From: Podarcis cretensis
Lineage: Eukaryota
Assembly: GCA_951804945.1 (NCBI GenBank)
Contig: OX638149.1
Span: 86,552,001-86,616,000, forward strand
Direction: 5' to 3'
Length of the DNA stretch: 64,000 nucleotides
Part shown: piece after piece, positions 52,701 to 64,000 of the stretch
Numbering within the stretch: the first letter of the stretch is position 1
How the letters are laid out: every line of letters begins with the position of its first letter
Made by a program: the position numbers and the translations under genes
The notes under the pieces: model-generated
The model's database searches: none
What the model was told of the DNA's origin: nothing
What the model saw: the letters and a program-made list of their open reading frames with translations, nothing else

Positions 52701-55700
52701 TTGTGCATTGTGACTAGCACAAAATTATTGACCCCTTGCTTGCTTTACTTCTGGCAGTTTCAGATTGGAGAGCTGGCCAACATGTTGATAAGCAAGCTGG
52801 AGTTCTTGGGCATCAGTAGACAATCCATCTCTAACTTCCACATGCTACTGTTGCAGACTGAGGTAACGAAAGTTTACCTTTTATTGAAAATTAATCATAG
52901 GGAGCCAAACAACTGGCAGCATTGCAGTGTGATAGGAATCTAGGAAGTTTTAAGTATTATGGCATGGATAACAGGCTTCCTCTCCCTCATTCCTTCCCGC
53001 TCCCTCCCCCTTGGCCCTCAAGCGGAATGCTTTAGTCCAGTAACGTATCTGAGGCTTTCTTGATCTATATGTAGTTCTCATCATGTTCTCTGTCATTAGT
53101 GCTGACTCTTGTATTAGTGCTACTAACACTGGGTGAGATTCATCTAACCAGTCTTGATTTTCCTTGTGCAACTGGGCTTCCCAGCCCTCTCCCTTGCATG
53201 CCCCCTGTGCCCTCCAAAATTGGCACAGGGGGGTCAGTAGAACCCACAGAACAGCATACATTGGGTTAGGAGAGGAGGAGATGGTTCTATCTGGCAAGCT
53301 GTCATGTGTGTGCAAACACAACAACTGACGTTGAATTCCACCCACTGTGTAGAACTGCAAAGTTAAGTGGAAAGTGATGTGCATGAGACCAATTGTCTCT
53401 ACAGGTTTTTCATTATTTTTCCTTGCCTGCTTGGTATAGACCCGTATTGCAGATTGGCGGGAAGGAGCTCTCCAAGGAAACTACCTCAAACGCAAATTGC
53501 AAGATGCAGCTGAACAGCTAAAACAGTATGAAATAAACGCCGCCCCTAAAGGCTGGTCCTGCCACTGGGACAGGTACGCACTCTTCTCCCCTTTTCACCT
53601 TTCACCTTTGACATCTCAGACATGATTTGTGACCATCACCACCTGCCGACGTGCCGTCATCTGTCTGGAGACTGAGAGCAGCTGCACTTAGCGGTGCTGA
53701 GCGGGCAGAGAGCCTCTGGCACATACAGAGTTTCAGCCAGCCACAAAAATTGGAGAAATATAAAGTCTGTGTTAAGTGTGTTGAAATGGATTTGATTCCG
53801 CGATTGGACAGAGCTGGTGTTTACTCTTGAGTGTAAATGCGCTAAGGAGGGCGGGCTTGGGGGGTCGCGCATGCGAGAGCTCTGTGCACATTGCAGGATC
53901 TCAGGAACTCCGCTCCCAAGTAACGCCTGTGTCCTTATGGAAAGCTCCCTCACTGAGGATCTCAACGAAGAACAAGATAACTGTCTCCTGCCAGCAGGTC
54001 AGACCAAACTATTTCTTCTTATATTTGGCTTTCTTGATTCTTTTTGTTTATTTGAAATCTTTGCTCTTTTGTTTTTCAGCTCCCAGATCCTCTCCCTCTC
54101 AGTAGCAATTCACTATGTCTGACACCAAGAGTATCATAAATGTGACTGCAGCAGTCCATGGGGGAGCAGCCATCTTTCATAAATTGGGCTGTTTCTCTTT
54201 TTGCTATTCTGGAAGGAAATGAATCCTGAGACTACCTAAAAAGTCTATTTCCTAATGCATCCTTGAACCTTTAATTGCACATCAGCCACAAGCTGCTTCA
54301 ATAACCCTCTACTTTTAGAGTGGAGGGTCAGGGCTGTGATCACAGAGCCAGCAGCGCAAACAGTTTGGAGTAAGCCCATCTTGCAAATCCTTCCTCAAAG
54401 CTGTTTGTTGCCTTTGTGAACAGCAGTCCTACTGTAAGAGGTTCTTCCTGTGAGAGCACTCCGCTGTCGCGGGAGAGGACTATATCATTGTGTCAGTGCA
54501 GGGGCGAGAGCGTAAAACCTTGTTTTCTTTCTTGTGATTTAGGGATCATAGACGCTATTTCTATGTTAACGAACAATCAGGCGAATCCCAATGGGAGTTC
54601 CCAGATGGGGAGGAGGAAGAGGAGGGGCAGATCCTAGAGAATAAAATGGAAGCTCTTCCTAAACAAGGACTAAAGGAGAAAATGGAGTCTGGTGCGGAAT
54701 CGTCTGATAATACTACAGGTACTGGACCTTGAGGGTTTGCTAAAAGAAAGTTAATCCAATTTGGAATAATGTTTTTAAGAAGGTAGGCTCCTTGTTATTA
54801 CTTCTCGTAAGTATATTCAATGCCCAAAGGCAGTTGCTCAGAAATCCTTCTTTATATTGCAGTATTCAGCCAGGTGGAGATGAATTGAAATTAGTGCATT
54901 ACTTGCAAAACAGTTTTCTGTACTAGGATGGGGAACCTGCTGGCCTCCAGGTGTTGAGTGCCCATCAGCCACAGCTAACAAGCCCTGTGGTCCTGTGTTA
55001 GGACCTGTGGTCCTGTGTTTAGCAATATCCATAGTGCCACAAGTTCCTCACTCTCATCTTTACCCACCTCTAGAGATATCACTGCCGATTGTTATGCATG
55101 TGGTTCATATAGCATACCCGCTATGCCATATTGACATGGGAAGTATAAATTCTTTCTGCTTGTATTGTTTTTCCAATTTGGTTTTTAACATTGGGGGCTG
55201 GTTAGTGGGATCATTGTAATACTTTTCCAAGGAAGTTTTTCTTCTCTGAAAAGAAGCAGCATAATAGTGGAAGGAAAGTTATAAGTTGGGTGGATAGTTC
55301 TTGCAGGTATGGCGTAATTAAAAAAAAACCTACATGTTCTTTCTCTCTCTCTCTCCCCCCCCCCCCCCATTTTTAGGGTCTCTTCTTAAAGAGCCTCTTT
55401 CTAGTCAAGCTGCAGCTACCTCTCTTGTGCCTCTCAGTCCATTTTGGACTGTGCTCCAGCCCTCTGTCCCTGTACTTCAGCCCCCTTTACCTTTGGAAAT
55501 GCCACCACCGCCACCACCCCCTCCAGAGTCACCCCCTCCCCCTCCCCCTCCCCCACCCCCTCCCCCACCAGGGGAAGATGGGGAAATACAGGAAGTAGAG
55601 ATGGAGGATGATGGAGATGAGGAACCACCAGCACCAGGAACAGAGGAAGATGCTGTACTGAAACCTCTTCTCCGACCAGCAGTTGCCAACAGCCAAGTAA

Positions 55701-58700
55701 GTTAGTGCAGATGGACCCTCTAGCAGTTCTATAAAAGCTAGTATCAGGCGTGGATTGTATGCAGCTTTGACCTGTGAATCTTCTGCATTCTTGCATTTTA
55801 TAATGTAAAACTGTTGTAAAACTGTCTTGCCCTCTTTGCCGCCTGTAGCATAAACTTTCTACTACAATCTTCTATAGCAGTCAGTAAATGAAAAGTAGTT
55901 TGTTTCTGCCATTCAAGTTTTGTGCCAAAGTCCCTTGTAAAACGTGTGTCAGAAAATGGATTTGTGTGACCCATATACAATAAACATGCTGTGATAGTGA
56001 TGTTGCAAAGAGAGAAGCCAACAGAATGATTTCAGATAGAGGAGATGAATTTTGCTTTTTCACAAGAACTAAAATTGCCCGTCAGATAATCTGCAGTGAT
56101 TTGATTTGTTAGTGTAAAAGCTCCTACACATCCAAGACAATTTCCCTGAAACAACATGGAATTTTATAAGAAAAGACATGCATGTTCCAAAAATGTACAG
56201 AGACTATTTAAAAGAACCAAACTAATTGACATCTATCTGCTTCCAGGCCAACTCTGAGGCCAACGTATCTGCACCTCTCTCCACTAAATCTCTTAAGAGA
56301 AAAGCTTCTGAAATCAGTGCTGGACTGGTGCAACGAGCAGCAACCATTGGAAGCTGTCCAGTGCTTTACGGGCAATCAGTCATAGGTGTTGGTGAGTAAC
56401 ATCCACATCCTTCTTCTTAGCTGCTTGATATCCCTGGAAAAGTGTTTTGGAAATAATTCCCATCCCCCCCCTTTGTGTATACAGGCCCTCAGACCCCAGG
56501 GGTGAGTTTGCAACAGAGTTTCCTTGGAGTAACGCAGCCGGCACTCATGAACTATTCTGAGTGTAGTGTGCCTGTTGGTCTTTCTGCCAGCACCACACAG
56601 CCAGTTCCTACACAAGGAGCCGCTCCTGCCACTAGCACTACAGAACAGCTGTCGCCGCCTCCACCGCCTCCTCCACTGTCCCCACCGCCACCCAAAACAC
56701 TACCTCCAGAGAAGTCAAAGAAGCTTAGGAGAGCTGGCAAGGTGAGTACTTAAATTTGTACTTCCTGTCGTTGTGCATGCCAGAAATTGGACAAGCTTCA
56801 TATAGGTTGAAATGTGTGTTATTTTACTCTGCTAGACTTTAGAACTGATACATCTTGTTTGACAATAGGTACAGAATGAGTAACTTGGCAGCTTCAAAAC
56901 TGGAAGCTGTTGGGATTTCAGAAATACATTAGAGAAGAAGGTGCTCTTTTTAGGTCTTTGAGTCCACCAACTCCCCTGAGGCCTAATCACCTTAGAGATA
57001 CCAAGCTGGTTCTGTTTGTTTTCTTGTTTGGGGGCCATTGTGGCTTTTGTGCTGGGATGTGTGCTCTGCTAGCCAGAACGCTTTTTATGATCTACTCTAA
57101 TGTGAGATTAAGCAAAAAGAATGGGTAAAATCATTGTTTTCCTTCCTGTCTTGCCTACCTTATTCCTAACAAGAGTGAGAATGAAGAGTTCATGGAGGCC
57201 TATCTCTAGTCATCAGGGTAACATGCTAAATATTTCCCCGCAGAGGAAAAAAACCAAGACGAAGATGCCCTCTCTTGTAAAGAAGTGGCAGAGCATTCAG
57301 CGGGAACTGGATGAGGAAGAAAACTCCAGCTCAAGTGATGAGGATCGGGACGTGATCTCACAGAAGAGAATTGAGGAATGGAAACAGCAGCAGTTAATCA
57401 GGTATGAGAGAGACAGCAAGATACGGTCTGATAGCACCCCACTCCTTGCATCGCCCAGTGTGATTTGCTTTAGGTAAATGATTCCAGATTTCTGTGCAGT
57501 GTCAACTGTCAGCCCATGGTTTCTGGTTTAAGTGACTCGTGCCACTGCAGGGTTTAGGTTGGTCTATTTGTAGCTGTTCCTTTTTAAAGGAAGATTGGAG
57601 AGTCTTGTCATGTTTTCAGGGGCATTGGGCAAAACTGAAGATGGGGAATGTAACACATGCAGAACAGAAGTGGATATGGGGGTTTCAGTAGCAAGCTTGT
57701 AGGCCTAATTTCCAGAAGTCACAGCACAACCTTGGGGGAAACCTTGTATGTGAGGCAGAAGAGAAAGAAATGTTATGTACTTGCAGCATTCCTTTAAAGC
57801 ATGGGTGTCAAACACAAGGCCCGCGGGCCGAATCCGGCCCGGCAGACCTCGTCATGTGGCCCGTGTAGCCGCCACCGGCCGTCAGCTGACTACAAAGGAA
57901 TTAAGGGCCACCATGCTTCTCAGATCTCCTTGTAATGTGAGATTCATTATTGGCCTCCTTGTCCTTGTGCAACATACAGGGAAGACTTCGTGTTGATGTA
58001 TACAAATAGCAATGTGTGAGAAAGGGATTTGCGTGAGAAACCACCCTCAGGTTCTATATGCTTCCTGACTTCTGCAGTATAAAATCCCTTTGCCTGAAAC
58101 CTGCCTTATCTTATCATGAGCACATTTTTATCTGTAGCCTGCACAGAAGCTGGCTAATCATGGTGTGTAAAAATGACATCATAAAGCATCTCTTAGTGCC
58201 ATATAATTATGCATTTCCTGAAATATTCAAGAACCAAAATAGCATAGGGCAGATTGCTTCCATAAACTCGGCATTTCTGACTTGTAAAAAAGCTCAATAA
58301 CTTCAATCCCAAAAAAAGGTCAACAACTTTGGTTGGCCCTCACGCATGTTCACTTCATCAAATCTGGCCCTCTTTGAAAAAAGTTTGGACACCCCTGCTT
58401 TAAAGAGTTAGTTTCCTCTTGCATATGAAGTGATTTATTAATTCTGTGACATTCCTTATATGCAGAATGGATTTAATGTGCTATATCATACTATGTATTG
58501 ATAGTGAATGTGGGTGGTACGTAACGCATCCCATCATTGCAAGGATTTATATTTGCACAACAGAACTCCCCTCTTCCTCCCCCCATGTGCCTGCTAAATC
58601 TGTTCTAGGGTTCACTTAACCCTCCAGAAAGATTTGGGGAGGACAGGAACAGGGGAGGAGAGTAGGAAACATTTCCATTGTACAAGCATAAATCTTTGCA

Positions 58701-58951
58701 CTGGCAGGACATGCTAGTTGGTATTGCGTAAACATGAAAGCAGGTTCTTTGGGGGATCGGTTGCCTTCACAAATGGGCACAGTCTGGAAAATATCAGAAA
58801 TCTTGATTTCTTTAGTTCTCCCAGTGCTGACTGGCAATCCTAATGTTTTGTTCTTCACAGTGGTATGGCAGAGAGAAATGCAAATTTTGAGGCTTTGCCT
58901 GATGACTGGCGATCTCGACTCAAGAGGCGGAAAGCTACTTCAAGCACATGA
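40359..58951 (+). CDS. FNBP4: Formin-binding protein 4 (FBP30), two WW domains and polyproline tracts, 17 coding exons, 955 aa
   Basis: Exons: 40359-40482, 46252-46344, 47826-47962, 48220-48403, 48733-48880, 48955-49084, 49679-50020, 50883-51081, 51672-51796, 52758-52862, 53440-53573, 54543-54718, 55377-55696, 56247-56391, 56485-56741, 57244-57401, 58861-58951. Total 2868 nt, all GT-AG, phases consistent. N-terminus [24 protein letters not shown]; WW1 [29 protein letters not shown]; WW2 [30 protein letters not shown]; C-terminus [19 protein letters not shown]...[19 protein letters not shown]. Confidence 0.97.
42557..43996 (+). mobile_element. Tc1-like DNA transposon (IR/DR type), 1440 bp, defective
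   Basis: TA TSDs; TIRs of about 200 bp (42557-42758 and 43792-43996) starting CAGTGAGGGGG, with an inner direct repeat AAATAAGTATTTGATCCC. Confidence 0.95.
42935..43776 (+). pseudogene. Tc1 transposase pseudogene
   Basis: [42 protein letters not shown]...[14 protein letters not shown]...[17 protein letters not shown]...RELKVRV...CKEEWDKIP. Stop at 43025, frameshifts, and an internal deletion near 43576 removing the second catalytic Asp region. Confidence 0.92.
44671..44910 (+). mobile_element. Sauria SINE, 5'-truncated
   Basis: Body matches the copy at 34253; tail CCCTTTACCTTTTTT; TSD AAGGGTATT at 44662-44670 and 44912-44920. Confidence 0.92.
46486..47102 (+). mobile_element. Solo LTR (Ty3/gypsy-like), 617 bp
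   Basis: Termini TGTCATGG...CCTGACA; perfect 5-bp TSD GATGC at 46481-46485 and 47103-47107. Confidence 0.85.
57800..58397. mobile_element. Non-autonomous hAT transposon, 598 bp
   Basis: TIRs CATGGGTGTCAAAC / GTTTGGACACCCCTG; subterminal GGCCC repeats; perfect 8-bp TSD CTTTAAAG at 57792-57799 and 58398-58405. Confidence 0.92.
58538..58700. repeat. Foldback (hairpin) interspersed repeat; related copies at about 18915-19020, 25270-25420, 29551-29710, 32095-32220, 51220-51345 and 53150-53290
   Basis: Arms TGCAAGGATTTAT/ATAAATCTTTGCA, CTCTTCCTCCCC/GGGGAGGAGAG and AAATCTGTTCTAGGGTT/AACCCTCCAGAAAGATTT pair around a short loop. Confidence 0.7.
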
Positions 58952-60187
58952 GTCAACTTTGTTGTTATTTTGTTTTTTAACCACACATGTACAGTTCAGA
59001 AACTTTTACTGTTGGATAAATGTAACTTTTTGAGGATACATATTTTTCAGTTGAACGACCTGACAGAGAAATTGCGTGGACTTGTGAATCCTTTTAGAGG
59101 TGTATTTGGCAAATAGGCTTATGAAATAATGAATAGGCTTGACCACTCCTGTCTTAAACTCCTCCTAATCCCAGTTCACACAAAGGTGGAATACCATTAT
59201 GTCCAGTTCCTGGGTAGAGCTGGTACCAGAATTTATTAATGCACTTTGTGGAGTTGGAAATGGAACCTGCCGTTTTGACTCTTCCTTGCTAAGCCCAAAA
59301 GTGTTCTTCCACTTCCTGGAAATATTTCTACAAGATGATGACCATTTGCAATTGGGTGTTACAGAACATGCAAATTAAAGATGCACATTCTTTTCACAAC
59401 AGACACAGTTCTGCATGATTTGAACCCCTTGTTCCATTCCTAATGTTTGCCAGCACCTTGGTTTTGGTAGCATTGCTCTTCTTGCTAGATTTCATAGAAT
59501 CAGTTCTTGTTTCTGTCCTAGAACCTGTATCAGACTAGCTATTTTTCCTGTAATGTTACCCTAGAATATACTTTTGGTGCTGTAACATGCTAATAGTTTC
59601 ATTGATGTGGCTATAGTGAGGTGGGACAGAAAGCAATTTTCAGCCTCCTCCACTGAGCACTTGATCACTGACTGGTGGGTTGTTCCTAATGCCTTCATTG
59701 GTGGGCAAAGAGAGGTAGGGGTAGCTGGCTCAGCACTTAAGTCAGCACAAGCCAGTCAGCAGCTGTGTGCCTGCACATTGCTGCATCAGCTGCTCCTGTC
59801 TCTGAATGCTCACTGGTGAATGCATGGGGTGGATATGTTCTCCCTTGCTCACTATCCAGCACTGTTCCCCATCTCAGTAGCTGCTGCTTGGTGGATGTGT
59901 ACTAGAAGCCATTAGCAGTGAGGAGAGGGAAAATTAGCATTTCTCTGTTACTCAGTTCTGAGCCCCTCTTGTCAGGTTCCAGCAAAAGTAGGGTCTTTGT
60001 CTACATTTAAAGCCAGGCTGAATATTTATCCAACCTGTCAATGTGTTGCGTCTTTTCCCTTGTTTACTTTTTTAAAAACGGAATCAAGTGGTATTGATTT
60101 TCTGTAAATGAAAGAAAAGGCAGTTTATGGTTGAACGCTGTTTGTATTTCTCCAGTTTCTGGCTTTGTAAATTTGTACATATACATT

Positions 60188-60193
60188 AATAAA
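60188..60193 (+). terminator. FNBP4 polyadenylation signal
   Basis: AATAAA preceded by several TGTA motifs and followed by a T-rich tract; implies a 3'UTR of about 1.25 kb. Confidence 0.65.
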
Positions 60194-61785
60194 ATCACTT
60201 TTTATACTTCAGAACCTTCTTTATTTTTCTTTGACTCTATTGGCAGCATTAATTGTAAAGTTCAATGACATATGCTTGGGAATGTGATGTTTTATACCAC
60301 AGAGGTGGTTGGGGAGTAGTTGATACCAAAAACATGCTACTGCTCTGCTCAGTAAAACCATAGAATTATAGAAATTATATTCCCTGCTTCCAATAATATT
60401 TTTGAAAGGGAGGGCAGTAATAAACAGAAGCTATACAGAGGGATTTAAAGTTATCTGATGGAATACTTTTTGAAGGCTTGTTTTGGTTATTTTTATCCTT
60501 AAACAGTGCCTCTCATCACTGACTGAAGAAAAAGAAATCTGATCTTATTGGTTTCCTAGAAAAACATGCTTCCTGAAAATCTAGCTAAACAATACTTAGT
60601 TTTTATATATGCCTAAACTTAGCATAGTCTAAACTTACAGACAGTCCTGTAAGGTAGATTAATGTTAACCCCATTTTTTAGATTGAGAGTGGAGGCTGAA
60701 AGAGAGTGGCTTGTCTAAGGTCCATCATTTTTAGAGCTTCCACTGGCTTTTGCTGGCAGGAAAGTAGGAACTGAAGGACAGTGGCATACCAAGTAACTGA
60801 CTCCCCACTCCCTGCATCCCATCTCTTCCTATTTTTCCACTTAAAACTGTAGTTATGACAGCATGGTGCTTAAATGTTGTGATCTTACTTAAAGCATTTT
60901 CCTCTTTTATCGAAAAGCATAGTGTACAAGTATACAAAGAAATTGATTTAAAATTTCTACTACTACTGTCATCTAACAACTAATTTCTTACAAGTTCATT
61001 TTTTAAAGGAAGGAAATAAACTTTTCCATAGAAGCTAACCCATAGGAAGAAAGGACTCCCAAGATTTTGTCAAAAAGTCCTGACTTTTTCGTTCATGCTG
61101 TCCGAATGCTCTTTTCTGTAATACAGCAGTTGAAACCTGGATGATTCTGTCTCATGGGAAGGTAGTCTTTTTACAATTAGAAATACAATCTAACCATAAT
61201 TGCTGCTCCTCACTTTAATCTACACTCTGCTGGAAGTTTCCATAATTGCAGGGTAATTACAAGTGAAATGTAAATAAACAGCACTCAGAATAAAATTACA
61301 GTGTTTAAATATTTCCTGCATCTATTTTTAAATGATTCTCTGCAAATTTCCTTTTTCTGTAGCTCAGTAATTGCCTTTATTTTGCTCAGTGCATGGGTGT
61401 CTCCAAGTGTGGACAGGGAAGCAGTCCCCCCCCCCCCCCACGCAATCAGTAAAAAAACCCAGCTTCTCTCCCATGGGTGTTTTTGTTGAGATTCCTGCAT
61501 TGCAGGGGGTTAGGTCCCTTCCAAATCTGCAATTCTAGTGTTTCTATCCAGAGTGGAGTCTTCAATGCAGTAGAATGGTGCCTTGTACACCTCCTTGCAA
61601 CTCTTGCAGCCAAACATATTGCTCTACTTTCCATTGGACTACAGCAGCGAAGTCTTGTCGTCTGGCCAGACCAGGACCTCCATACAAACTGCCCAGGCTT
61701 GCTGGGGGGGGGGGAGTCACTTCGGTGCTGCTAATGCTATGATACTCCAACGGTATAACTTCACCCCCAGCTATGCTCTCCATTG

Positions 61786-63158
61786 CATTGGAGCCAGCTC
61801 TTAGGGGCTGAGGTCCCTTCAGGCCCCCCAATAAATATTTGAGGGGGGCAGCTCCCCCGCAAAAGTTGATGAGCATTGCCATTCAAATGGTGTCTGTGTG
61901 CTATTGTGATTGATTATGTGGAGCGGGGCTTAACTATCCCCCCATATATTATTATTATTTATTATTATAATTGTTGTTGTTTAGTCGTTTAGTCGTGTCC
62001 GACTCTTCGTGACCCCATGGACCAGAGAACACCAGGCACTCCTGTCCTCCACTGCCCCCCGCAGCTTGGTCAGACTCATGCTGGTAACCTCGAAAACACT
62101 ATCCAACCATCTCGTCCTCTGTCGCCCCCTTCTCCTTGTGCCCTACATCTTTCCCAACATCAGGGTTTTCTCCAGGGAGTCTTCTCATGAGGTGGCCAAA
62201 GTATTGGAGCCTCAGCTTCAGGATCTGTCCTTCCAGTGAGCACTCAGGGCTGATTTCCTTCAGAATGGAGAGGTTTGATCTTCTTGCAGTCCATGGGACT
62301 CTCAAGAGTCTCCTCCAGCACCATAATTCAAAAGCATCAATTCTTCGGCGATCAGCCTTCTTTATGGTCCAGCTCTCACTTCCATACATCACTACTGGGA
62401 AAACCATAGCTTTAACTATACGGACCTTTGTTGGCAAGGTGATGTCTCTACTTCTCAAGATGCTGTCTAGGCCTGTCATTGCCCTTCTCCCAAGAAGCAG
62501 GCGTCTTTTAATTTCGTGGCTGCTGTCACCATCTGCAGTGATCATGGAGCCCAAGAAAGTAAAATCTCTCACTGCCTCCATTTCTTCCCCTTCTATTTGC
62601 CAGGAGGTGATGGGACCAGTAGCCATGATCTTCGTTTTTTTGATGTTGAGCTTCAGACCATATTTTGCACTCTCCTCTTTCACCCTCAATAAAAGGTTCT
62701 TTAATTCCTCCTCACTTTCTGCCATCAAGGTTGTGTCATCTGCATATCTGAGGTTGTTGATATTTCTTCCGGCAATCTTGATTCCGGCTAGGGATTCATC
62801 CAGCCCAGCCTTTCGCATGATGAATTCTGCATATAAGTTAAATAAGCAGGGAGACAAAATGCAGCCTTGTCTTACTCCTTTCCCAATTTTGAACCAGTCA
62901 GTTGTTCCATATCCAGTTCTAACTGTAGCTTCTTGTCCCACATAGAGATTTCTCAGGAGACAGATGAGGTGATCAGGCACTCCCATTTCTTTAAGAACTT
63001 GCCATAGTTTGCCATGGTCGACACAGTCAAAGGCTTTTGCATAGTCAATGAAGCAGAAGTAAATGTCTTTCTGGAACTCTCTAGCTTTCTCCATAATCCA
63101 GCGCATTAATATACTGCTCTATATCTGGACGTCTCAGGTACTCAAGTTGCCACACCTG
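61786..63158. mobile_element. Old hAT-type MITE split by a BovB insertion
   Basis: Perfect 8-bp TSD CTCCATTG at 61778-61785 and 63159-63166; degenerate TIRs CATTGGAGCCAGCT / AGTTGCCACACCTG. Confidence 0.75.
61971..63106 (-). mobile_element. BovB (RTE-clade) LINE, 5'-truncated, with reverse transcriptase ORF
   Basis: ORF 62099-63106: FCFIDYAKAFDCVDH...GVRQGCILSPCLFNLY...NLRYADDTTL...RRIDAFELWCWRRLLRVPWTARRSN. 3' end GGGGTCACGAAGAGTCGGACACGACTAAACGACTAAAC followed by an (AAC)n tail. Frameshift near LMRR (about 62185). Confidence 0.96.
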
Positions 63159-63329
63159 CTCCATTGTGTCTCGAGACAAACAGATGCCCCCCCCCACCCC
63201 CCAAAATGGCCCCAGCCTACCCCGGACTGAGACATAAGACTGTGAAACGACAATGATCGGACAGAAGCAAGAGGTCCCTCCCCACCTGCACGAAAAAAGC
63301 CCCAAACCCCACCAGGCGAGAAGCTATCC

Positions 63330-63790
63330 TAGTTCAAGCAATGGCTTGTACCGCTGCCACTCCGCACTGACGGACCAATGAACGGCTAGTCCCACCCCCA
63401 TCCTGCCTAGTTCTGGCGTGGCTGGTAACTAGGATACTCTGCCCCCCCACTCCTCTGAGTAGTGGTAGCTAAGACTGAAGAGGGGAAGAAGGCGGCCGGG
63501 GCGGGGGGAGCGCTCCTGAGAGCACTGAGGGGCGGGCACGAGAGTCACATATCTGGTAGGCAGCAAGTCCTGCCACTCCCTGCCCCCCGTCCCGAGATTG
63601 GGCGAATGTTATTGGCTAAGCCCGCGAGCGAGCGAGCGACCTCCCGTCGACGGTTATGAAAAGCAGGCGCGCGCGCCGGTCCCGTGTGCGTCTGCGGGCG
63701 TTTTGTTGTGAGTGACCAAAGCAGTGTCGCCATAGAAGCCTTTCAGCTTCGTATGGGTCGGCAGAAAGTGTTGCCAGGCGCTTGAGGTAG
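63330..63790 (+). promoter_or_regulatory. CpG-island promoter and probable non-coding first exon of the next gene (AGBL2/CCP2 by human gene order; unproven)
   Basis: CpG-rich. CCAAT/ATTGG boxes at about 63375, 63597 and 63611; GCGCGCGCGC; X-box-like GTCGCCATAGAAGC 63726-63739; donor GAG|GTAGAA at 63786/63787. Confidence 0.55.
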
Positions 63791-64000
63791 AATAACTTTC
63801 TTTTGGCCTTAGTCAGAGGAAGCGCAGGTCACCTTTTTAAAAGCCTGCTTTGAAGCCTCTTCTTCCGTATCTATCATTTATCCATACAGTAATATCCCCG
63901 TCCCTTTGTCAAAATTAACCTTCTCTCTCACACACACACAACGCCACACCGACTTCGCGGGGAATCTCATGGGTGGAGACTGGCAGAATAATCAGCCTTT

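Noticed and set aside
55434-55796. Gly-rich minus-strand ORFs and G-quadruplex-like runs
   Set aside because: Explained by the polyproline codons of FNBP4 exon 13.
9944-58951. Intronic snoRNA or miRNA genes in NUP160 and FNBP4
   Set aside because: No convincing C/D box pair with terminal stem, or H/ACA structure, seen by eye. An Infernal/Rfam scan would be needed to exclude them.
62136-62945. 269-aa plus-strand ORF
   Set aside because: Antisense shadow of the BovB reverse transcriptase frame.

Overview
Vertebrate genomic DNA from a squamate reptile, most likely a lacertid lizard (Sauria SINEs with ACCTTT tails, BovB LINE). It holds two complete + strand genes reconstructed by hand in frame: NUP160 (36 coding exons, 9944-36816, 1401 aa) and FNBP4 (17 coding exons, 40359-58951, 955 aa). 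At the left end is a CpG-island 5' end of an unidentified minus-strand gene. At the right end is a CpG-island promoter and first exon, probably AGBL2 by human gene order. NUP160 has one U12-type intron (23831-24701) and one GC-AG intron (13462-14517). FNBP4 intron 11 splits the second WW domain and looks like a constrained unproductive-splicing module: it is CpG-rich, has no recognisable TE, and has internal splice sites that all lead to premature stops. The rest is TE-rich: a decayed IR/DR Tc1 transposon, a solo LTR with a decayed internal ORF, BovB and RTE LINE fragments, three Sauria SINEs, several hAT and Tc1/mariner MITEs with intact target-site duplications (TSDs), at least three nested insertions, and a recurrent foldback repeat. 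There is a 138-N gap at 20528-20665. Most ORFs in the supplied track are spurious. No clearly new multi-gene system is evident; the best leads are FNBP4 intron 11 and the LTR-encoded ORF. Homology calls rest on recalled protein sequences, not database searches.
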